From Chrysomallon squamiferum (lineage: Eukaryota; Animalia; Mollusca): 64,000 bases of DNA. The position numbers and the translations under genes are program-made. Below are positions 54,210-64,000 of the stretch, piece after piece (position 1 is the stretch's first letter; each line of letters begins with the position of its first letter). Where the stretch lies: NCBI GenBank assembly GCA_012295275.1, contig CM022670.1, forward strand, positions 31,620,001 to 31,684,000, in the 5' to 3' direction. The notes below the pieces were generated by a model, which searched no databases, was not told the DNA's origin, and saw only the letters and a list, made by a program, of their open reading frames with translations.

Positions 54210-57074
54210 ACTTTTCCACGATACACAAACAGCAATCGGTTAAAATGTATGCAGAGGAGACAAATAAATAAAGTAATAATAATTTTTTTATTATTACTAT
54301 TATTATTGTTATTGTTGTTGTTGTCGTTGTTGTTATTATTATCATTGTTACTCTTGTTGTTTAGGGTTTAAATTAATTGTTTCTTTAAATTTTAGGACTC
54401 CCATGAAAACAATTACTCACAAAATTATATTAGTAAAGAAACCACACCCGAAAATTTAGAAAATTGATTTACTTCCTGACATTTTTAACGCCACTTACGT
54501 TTTAGTTTTATCAAGTTTAGAACTAAATTTATAAACAGCAGAACGACTGTAATGTAATCTTTATTTCTATGTTTCCAAATTTTCTTTAATATTAACATGG
54601 TTTGGTATGGTTTCTTTTTAAACTAAATAGATACACGTGTATTATATTATTATTTGAATAAAATATATATTACGTTCATATTATTACTTTTATTAACTTG
54701 TAGGGTGTGGAGAGGGCTGCAGCCAGTGTTCAGATTTTAGTCACTGTACTCAGTGTTTCGTTGGATATCAAACTAAACTTCACCTTTCAAGTTCTGGAAC
54801 CACTAAAACCTGTCTTCCAGGAACAGGTACGGTGAAAAAAAAAAAAAAATCTGTTTTTGTACTTAGTTCGATGCATATTGTCACTGAAACCGCTACGGTT
54901 GCTTTAGCTTATTTGTATTTTCTTAAAATTTAGTATCATCATTTATTTAATATAATATATTTTCCTGATGTTCTGTTTGTATTTTAAAATAACATCTCAC
55001 TCTCTCTTTCTCTTTTAAGGTATAATATAAAAATATATTTTGTGAGACAGAAATTACGATTTGATTATTATTATTACAGTATCGCATTTAAACGTATTAC
55101 CGTATAGTCATTATTTATTTTTTCTAATATTATATATTTTTTCTATTGTTTTGGAAAACAATATAACAATGTATTTATATTTTTTTCAGTCTTGTGTCCT
55201 AACCGCACTGAACACTGCACACATAAGATGTTTGTGATAGAAGGAGCCGGGTGTCTCGGATGCCAGGACTGTGATGATGGTTACATGGTTACCTTCAATC
55301 CAGAATACTACTCTAATAGTAACAATGGTTCTTACGACTATAAAGGACTCACAATACACAGTGGCCGAAATGTGTAGGTACACCATATATCGCCTTTCAC
55401 GATCTTCAATATGCCAAAGCTGGGTGACTCCGGGCAAGATTGATCTAGTGACATGCTATACCTAAGGCTAATGATATAATCATTTAGATGTAGTTAAAAA
55501 AAGAAAAAAAAAGAAAAGAAAAAAAGAAAAACAAAAAAAAAAAAGAAACAAAAAAGAAAAGTAATAATAAAATAAAAATAAAAGTAAAACTAAACTGAAC
55601 AAAACTAAGCTAAATTAAGCCAAGCTAAACTTAACAAAATAAAAGAAAAAAATCCAGGAGGATAAAAAGTTTCGTTAGTAGCATTATATTAAGTACATTA
55701 TTCCAAAAACGTGTTTATAACGAGACATTATACAGTTATAAAGACATTACTTTGTTTTAAATTTCAGTTAAATTATAAATCTTCTTGTATATTAACATTA
55801 CAAATGCCTTCAGTATCTTAATTACTCGTAATAGTAATTATTTTCTTTATAGCAAGGTTTATGTTTAAAACGGACTAAGTCAGAACAATTCACCACATTT
55901 CAGGTAGTAATAATCAGTAAATGTCGAGTAATCCATCCTGTTGTTGTTTTTTGATTTAAGCAACTCGTGAATTTATTTTTTATTTTAATTATTATTATAT
56001 TATATTGTATTAAAATTATTATTATATTATATCATATTATATTAATATATTTTATTATTTCTCATTTCATCACATTTTTTATTTTATTTTCTGACTTACT
56101 TACATACTTACTTACTTATTTATCAGATTTCAACCTAGATTTGTTTGTCACAAAGGAACTACGTGTTCAGATGGGTGGTATGAGTTAAAAGCCGGAGAAC
56201 ACTCTATTTGTCAGTGTAAGTGTTGTGTTTTTTTCAACGCCATCATTATTTGAAATATCTGTTATAAACGCCTCGCTGACTTCAAAATCTTATCTACTCA
56301 AAACTGAAGTCGTGGCTGACCGCAATGGCATCATTAAGCCAAATTCTTCTTATCTCACCTTAAATAGTTATGATTTGAAGCAAAAATATATATCGAAAGT
56401 CAGTGATACTTATTAGTCAATATATCATTATAAACAGGCTTTATTATAATGTTCAGGGCACATATTCTGTGGTTATGTATTGTACAGCAAATGTAGTGTC
56501 TGTTTTATGTTTTGGAGAGAAGGGAAGGTGGGAAAATGGGAACAGGTATCACATCGTCGTTACAGTGTATCCAGCAGACTTTAACGAACAACTTTTTACT
56601 GCATCGTCTAAAAGATCTTTAAAGTCTGCTGCACTGTTCGACAATTTTTTATTTATAAATCTATATCTGAAACAAGAACGAAACACCAAAACATTTTGCT
56701 TTAGGAGGCTTTTGCATGTGTTCACAATAGCTATCTGTTCCGTACCATCTCGTTTATCGTCTTCATATATACAGTAATAAAATAAATAAGTTAACTGATT
56801 AATTAATTAACTGATAATAATAATAATAATAATTTTTAAAAAATCAAAAATAAATATAACCATATTAAATTAAGTGTTTCATCTTTGACAGTATATTGTG
56901 TCTACGAGTTAAATATTTAATTTTGGATTGAATATGAAAATATTTATTTGTTGATTTTTTTAAGGGTGTGGTGAAGGATGTGAACGTTGTGCAGGACGTA
57001 ACGACTGCCGTGAATGTAAACAAGGATACAACCTAGACCAAACGCGATGTATCCAAACTCCTCTAGTTGGATAA
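52298..57074 (+). CDS. Unnamed secreted cysteine-rich protein, 280 aa, with two tandem furin-like repeat modules (14 Cys each)
   Basis: 7 exons in phase (843 nt): 52298-52346, 53188-53386, 53955-54043, 54704-54826, 55190-55373, 56127-56215, 56965-57074. The signal peptide is MLWVVLSLLSVGYTAG. Both modules follow VLCPN...HC...GCLGCQ..C..GY...C.....C..G[FW]Y...C.WCGEGC..C.....C..C..GY...C. Confidence 0.9.
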
Positions 57075-57271
57075 AAGAAAACTACACAGAATATGTTAGC
57101 AGTGTAATTAAATGATAATAAATTTTAAATATTTAACAAGCTAATAGTTTTTTGTTTTTGGTCAACATATGTCGCTATAAAGGTTTTAATAGTGACATTT
57201 GTATCTGCTTCACTGATTTTCTTATCTATAAATTATAAATATTTGCATCCTTGTGTGTGTGTGTGAGAGAC

Positions 57272-57359
<88 letters not shown>

Positions 57360-58151
57360 TGTGAGAGTGAGAATGAATGCATTAGAGTATATATGTGTCT
57401 TGTGTATTTCTGTATATATATATACATACATACATATAGCACTGAACACGTGTCAAATCATAATTAATATATTCACGCATTTCTATAATGTCTATGAATG
57501 TGTGTAAATGACACTGATAGTAAGACACATATAGTTACACTATATATAACATATATGTGAACAAAATACATGTTTATGAAATAAAAAATAACACCAGTCA
57601 GCATTTGCTGACGTAATTTTTTACGTCATGACGACTTGATATGTGTCTGCATGTCAGAGACGGTGGGTGCCTGCAGTTTACATATCTACTTTGTGATATA
57701 ATATTGGAGCAAGTTAATTGATCATCATATACTTTAGAAACTGTCAAAAGTTTTGCGAACAGATAAATGTGTTTTGTGTGTATGGCTTAGTAAAAATATA
57801 TGTAGCAGCAGTAGTAATAATAATAATAATAATGATAGGTATAGTTCACATTTAGATGTTTGTCGTCGTTCATATTTTATTTTAATTTTAATATATTATA
57901 AATAAATTGTCTATTATAAATAAAAATAAATAAAATTTTAACAATACATTTTCATATTATACTACAAGTATTATCAGAGGCATTTTATAATCATTAACAA
58001 TAAATATTAGGTCAAATTACGAAATGAATAAATCTCATTATTCAGTCCAAACCTTTCAAATAGATAATGTTACTAGTTGGAAGGGTGTGTCGTTAACGAT
58101 TACTGTTCTTTGAAAGAACTCATTAAGTAAAAAAGAATAAATTTATTCCTT

Positions 58152-58159
58152 ACTTCCGG
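58152..58159 (+). promoter_or_regulatory. ETS/GABP-type motif just upstream of CCDC25
   Basis: ACTTCCGG lies about 35 bp before the ATG, typical of housekeeping promoters. Confidence 0.45.
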
Positions 58160-58193
58160 ATGTACATGTGATATTTATTTTCTTGATCAGGAA

Positions 58194-61100
58194 ATGGTTT
58201 TCTTTTTTACTAGCAACGGTAAAGCATTAAATTAATAATTATTTGAAGCAGAATTGTATATTTATCAACAAGAAATATTTTACTTTATTTTCATAACTAA
58301 TAAATATTCCGTCAGCCTTAAGAAACGTCATATATAGGTTCTGGGACATCTGTTTTCGATTATTATCGTTATCGACTTTTCTTTCTTATTTTTATTTATT
58401 TATTTATTGTTTATTTTATTTTTTGGGGGGTGGAGGGTTGTGTACGTGTGTGCATTTTAATTTAACTTTACATATGTATTTTCTTTTCTTGCAGTTGTAT
58501 CACCACCTTACTGTCTTTACATGGGAGTGGACAAACATGAAAGTAAGATACTCATTTTACTGTACATATTTCTTAATTTATTCATATTCTTATTGATTTA
58601 GATATATCATTTATTATTATATTAGTAATTCAAAAGTAATTAATAGTTGAATAAATGTTAAATCTTTATTTATTTAGATGAAGAATTAATCAGATGGGGT
58701 TGGCCTGAAGATGTGTGGTTAGTACATATTTAACATTTTGCTTTTATTTTGTTGTTCATTCATTTCATTTAAATAGATCAGTTAATATTAAATGTTAAAT
58801 GTGATTATGGTTTCCAAAATAACAAGTTTGATACATTTTGTTACTAATCAATTCAATTTTGCTTTTATTATATATTTTTTATTATTATTTTTTTTAAACA
58901 TAAATATGATCTCCAAATTAAAATTATTTGATATATTATAACAATGATTTTTATTTTTAACATTTTAGGTTTCATGTTGATAAAGTTTCTTCAGCTCATG
59001 TGTATTTGAGATTACATCCAGTAAGTGGCTTTTTATACAAACATACATAGATACATACACACAAACATATACATGCTCATATACACATATACACACACAT
59101 AGATATATAGAGACATGTTATATTTTATTATTTTAGTTGACAAATTATAAATAATTGATAATTGATTATAAATATTAATTTTGCTTTAGTAGAATCATTA
59201 TAATGAATAAAAATATATCCCAAACTGGTTTGCTTCTATGAATTACTATTTAATGTCTGATCTGTGTGTTTTCTAGGGAGAAACTGTTGATGATTTGCCA
59301 CAAGCTGTGATAGATGATTGTGCTCAGCTTGTCAAAGCTAACAGTATACAGGGTACTTAGAATTCATTATGAAATTCATTTTACCGTGAGCACAACCTTT
59401 AAAGTCAAAAAAGAAAAAGAAAAAAAGAAGAAAAATGATAAATAAATAAATAATTAAAGTAATAAAATAAAATTGATAAAAATGTTGTTTTCTAAATGTG
59501 ATATATATTTTTTCATTATTTATTTAAAGTTTTCTCAATGGTATTTTAATCCATGATCAGATTTATATTTTGTTTTGATAATTAATTTTCTTCCCTCAAA
59601 GTAATTATACCAGTCAAGATCTTGCAAACTGATTACATAGGTTTATTTATTTATTTTTGGCAGGTAACAAAATGAATAATATAGATGTAGTTTATACACC
59701 ATGGTCAAATTTAAAGAAAACAGCTGGTATGGATGTTGGTCAAGTTGGTTTCTTTAAAGATAAAGAGGTTGGTTTATTCTGTTTGTGGAAATGTAGTCCA
59801 GTGTAAAATCTACATTATTTGTATAAATTTATTTTATTTTACAGTTTTCAAATATGAGGACTCACATTCATTTCTTATTTTACAATTCTGCTACATTCAA
59901 AAAAAAGAGAAGGAGCATAATTTGAATAATTAAAACATCTTTTTTTTCATTATTATCAAATATCTGATATGAATATTGTGCTTGCAGTTGTCTTTGCCCT
60001 GAAGATAATTTAAACTTTTTTTTCAGTCTGTGAATAATTCAGAGTTACAAACATGCTAAAAGTAAAATTGCTAGGAAAAATGTTATATTTCCTAATTTTT
60101 TTACACCCTTTGTTTTTGCTGCAGTCATATTGTAGGAGTTGGTATATTTTAATATTGTTATCATTTAGAAACAGTCTGTCGTTTTAAACTCAGATAATAA
60201 CTAACAGTAACTGTATTTTTTATTTAAGGTTAGAAAAATAAGAGTAGAGAAGAGAATAAATGAAATTGTAAACAGATTAACAAAAACTAAAATAGAAAAG
60301 TTTCCTGATTTACAAACTGAAAGAGAAGACAGAGACAGACAAGAAAGAGAAGCAGTGAAAAGAAAAGAACAAGAAATCAAACAAAAAGAAAAAGAAGAAG
60401 AAAAAAGAAGAAAAGAACAGGCTGAATTGAGGTTTCTTAATTAAGCAAGCAAAATATGGCAAAAATAATTTTTTAAAATTAATTCAAAATATTATTTTAA
60501 TAATAACAAAATATAGGGTAATTATGAATAATAAGAATATAGTTATTTTTATCAGAAACCTTCATACAGTTATAGTTTATTTTTATTTTTATTTTCTGTG
60601 TGAAAATCTCCACCATATTTCCAACACATCTTCAGTAGCAGATAAATTAAAATGCTTCATAATTTGAAATGTTTTTCAGCTACTTTTATTTGCTTGCAGG
60701 TTTTTATTTCAAAAACAGTTTTAGCTAATTTGTACTTCCTAAATACAAGTGTGAGTCTGTGTAAAATGATGATAATAAAAATATTTGAAAAGTATATTGT
60801 ACATGTATAACTAAATTAAAATTCAAGTTTAAAAAATGTAAAGAAAATTTTATAATTTCAGATCTTATTCAACATTAATGAAAGAAGAAAACATGACATC
60901 AAATCTGGTATGATGTTTCTATTTTTCATTCTTGCCTTTAATATTTTCTTCATTTTAAAATAGAACCTGCTTATTAATATTATTATTCTTTATAAATTAT
61001 CTCCCTTTTTTGTATTAACTTGATATCATTTCCTTAAATAGTACTGACAGTATTGTTCATTATCTTAATTTCTAGAAAATATACCTGAAGAAGGGATGAA

Positions 61101-61277
61101 ATTTTTTATAAAGTTTTGTTTGAAAACTGACTTACAATGAGCTTTATGTTTATAAATATTGTGGACATCTAGATTTAATATATGATGCATGAAGTCAAAA
61201 TGTTTTTTTTTATATTTTTGATATTTTTTTTGATATTTCAGGATGGTGATGGAAATGATTCAGATGATTTTATGTAA
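58194..61277 (+). CDS. CCDC25: Coiled-coil domain-containing protein 25 (NFACT-R/DUF814), 209 aa
   Basis: 9 exons in phase (630 nt): 58194-58218, 58495-58542, 58678-58717, 58969-59020, 59277-59352, 59664-59767, 60229-60431, 60862-60907, 61242-61277. Translation includes [83 protein letters not shown] and ends SDDFM*. Confidence 0.98.
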
Positions 61278-61462
61278 ATTGATTTAAAAAGACACTAGAA
61301 AAAATTCGTCAGATATACAAAAACTAAAACAAAAGGAACCCTTGTTCATGTAATCATCTGAAATGAAACTGACATATATCAATGGAAGAGACATATTTTC
61401 TTCAAACAGTTTTCCATCTATTCATAAAGTGTATGTGTCAACAAAAGACTGTGCTAATTATA

Positions 61463-61468
61463 AATAAA
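61463..61468 (+). terminator. Candidate CCDC25 polyadenylation signal
   Basis: AATAAA about 185 nt after the stop, followed by a T-rich stretch. Confidence 0.45.
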
Positions 61469-62269
61469 CTGTGACTTTCTTTAAAAAACATTCTTTTTAC
61501 ATAACTTGCATTTTACTTCAGTATCACAAAATAACATCTTCATATTTGTGGTAATGGTGAACATTAAATTAAGTTCTTTAGTTGGATACATTATTTGTAT
61601 GAGAGTTTAAATGAGATTAAAGTAATACTGCCTCCAATCATAATATGTTCATAATACTATGGAGGTTTTGTGGACATTAATAAAATTTTAAAATGCCACA
61701 GAAATAGAGAGAAAAATAAATTTTTGTGCTGTAAGACAACTAATGTCTTTTCTCATAAACAATCTGAATAGTAATAATTTACATCAGAAAGTAAAAAAAA
61801 AAGAAAAGAGGAAGGTACTAACCGTAAAAACAATCTTTCATTAGTATATGCAACTCAATACCTTAACAAATCTGTCTTTGGTGGGATGAACAAATAACAA
61901 ATTCATTTTGTTTACTTCCAATATGATTATTTTACTTATTGTTAGTAATCAGTCTTTGTTTACAACAATAAAACATTAAGGCTGATGCTTTGTTTTTTTA
62001 ATAACTTATTGCATCATTTTATACATGTGGGTAAAAATACACCATAAACAGAATGTGACAAATTTGCAATGATTTATTTAATCTGCAAGAGTTGCTTTTT
62101 TTCAATATTTATTGTTTATTTAAATATATTTCTATGTTTAGAACCCACTTGCATCAGTTAGCTACAAAAGATCATTTGTTCTTTTAGACAGGAAAATACA
62201 AATTTGATAAACTCGTCATAGGACTCTGGCTTATTGCTGCAAAGTTTTGTACTTCAGTAACTTAACCAT

Positions 62270-62274
<5 letters not shown>

Positions 62275-62328
<54 letters not shown>
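62275..62328. repeat. (GT)n microsatellite
   Basis: Read directly from the sequence. Other (CA/GT)n tracts lie at 5920-5982, 7324-7358 and 12078-12110; (TAT/AAT)n at 7715-7762, 8494-8532 and 30549-30594; (TA)n at 42790-42833. Confidence 0.95.
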
Positions 62329-62330
<2 letters not shown>

Positions 62331-62736
62331 GTATGTAAGAAAACAAAACAAAATCATTCAAATAAAAAAAAAAAAATAAAAATAATAATTAATTAAAATA
62401 AAAGACCGCTAGCTATTCTGGCTTTCTGTTTGACGTAACACGCGCATTTTTGTTTTTATTACCGCACCATTTTGAGGATAATTATCTCTGCCATCTCCAA
62501 AAAAAACTGATGTCCATTATGAAACAAAACACCTCTTTTCTACTAAATAAGTGTAGATGCTGATATACGTTTACAGTTTTTCTACTGACACACATCTTGT
62601 TTTGTGATTAAGAACGCCTAATCAAAGATAAGTTTATGATTAATCATAACAGTTACAAAGTGCAGAGGTATATGTCAAGATTACATAAATACACCATGAC
62701 ACGAATTCGGGTAAATATAAACATAAACACTATAAT

Positions 62737-62799
<63 letters not shown>

Positions 62800-64000
62800 T
62801 TAGTGAACTTATCAAATACATTTTAATTACATAAGACTACTGTTAATAAATTTATCAGTCATTATAATTATCTGAATGTTAAATATGTATGTATATGTGT
62901 GTATGTAATGTCTTAAGTAATATAAAATAGTAGATAAATCAGTTTAAAAAATTTAAATAAATAGATGATTTTTATGTATTTTTTTAATTTTTTTTCTTGT
63001 TGGATTAGAATACTTGTTAACTGTATTGTAATTTCAACACTACAGAATAAAATCTTTGATACGGCATAAGGAAAAAATCACAGGGATGTAAGGGGGTTTA
63101 GTTTAGGACACTGAATATAAACGAATTGCCATTAACTGAGCAACAACGACTTGTTAATAAAACAACTCCAAAACCTCTAAATATATTTAAAATAAATATA
63201 TCTGAATTTAATGCTCCCAAGAATTGTTATCAAATAAAATAACATTTAATAACGCTAGTCTAAGGTAGATAACTCTATAATTCTATAGGGACGTTATTTA
63301 ATAAATGAATATTTATTGAACTGAAATCTAAATGAAACATTTCTATTAAGTTAAACAGTAAATATATAAATAAAAAATGACTGCACTACCTTCATAGACA
63401 TAATCAATCATCTAGATTCTCAATCTATCGCCTTTTAGAGAATACTACGCACCCCCCCATATATGTGTAAAGTAACTTTACAGAAAAATAAATAACAGGA
63501 TATATCGTCGAGTTCCCCCATGAGTAGTTAATCAAAAGCATAGCAGATATTGTTGAGTTTATGAGTAAATCTTACTAATATTAATATCTTACAACCGTTA
63601 TTAAACTGTAGTTAGGACTTGTTAAAAAATATTCATTCATTCTTTTAACGACCGGTTACGACACAGTCTTATACATTACGAGAAACATTTGTCAGTTACA
63701 AATTCTTTATCAGCGAGAATTATGTAGAATATCCTTCAGAAATATTATTTTGTCGAACATCTAAACATTTATGAATTAATTACCATATTCATATCAAAAG
63801 GATGATCCAGCTGACGCAAAAACGCCTCTATTATTTTATAAAGCGATATTATTTTTAAATAATGAAATATATAATTTCTGTAGATAATTTTATCTAATAC
63901 AGATACTGGATCTTATAGATGAAAAAATCGCTGTCAAAATTTGTCAGTATGTCAGCCTATCTGTCTGAATGTCTGTTTGTCTCATTCTCTGTCTGTCTCT

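Noticed and set aside
7474-61277. U12-type (minor) introns
   Set aside because: All reconstructed donors are ordinary GT; no GTATCCTT or AT-AC sites were seen.
61500-64000. Additional gene at the right end
   Set aside because: No convincing exon chain or ORF was found, only microsatellites and probable repeat fragments.

Overview
AT-rich, intron-dense eukaryotic (animal) DNA. It is probably lophotrochozoan/molluscan, inferred from gene content, repeat types and microsatellites. Most entries in the ORF track are spurious; the real genes are spliced and were rebuilt by hand from GT-AG sites and reading phase. Seven genes are supported. (1) A divergent DUF288/STELLO-like type II membrane glycosyltransferase (minus, runs off the left edge). 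(2) ENOSF1, L-fuconate dehydratase (+, 16 exons). (3) WASHC5/strumpellin (-, 28 coding exons). (4) A C8orf76-like TPR protein (-, 9 coding exons). (5) A FAM167-like coiled-coil protein (-). (6) An unnamed 280-aa secreted protein with 28 Cys, built from two tandem copies of a 3-exon furin-like cysteine-rich module (+). (7) CCDC25 (+, 9 exons). Mobile DNA comprises two inverted Tigger/pogo derivatives, a TIR-bounded dead Tc1, and probable DIRS, Gypsy, solo-LTR and SINE remnants. The most interesting item is the doubled furin-repeat secreted protein, which loosely resembles R-spondin and lies among genes whose human orthologues map to chr8/18. All family calls come from recalled motifs; no database search was run.
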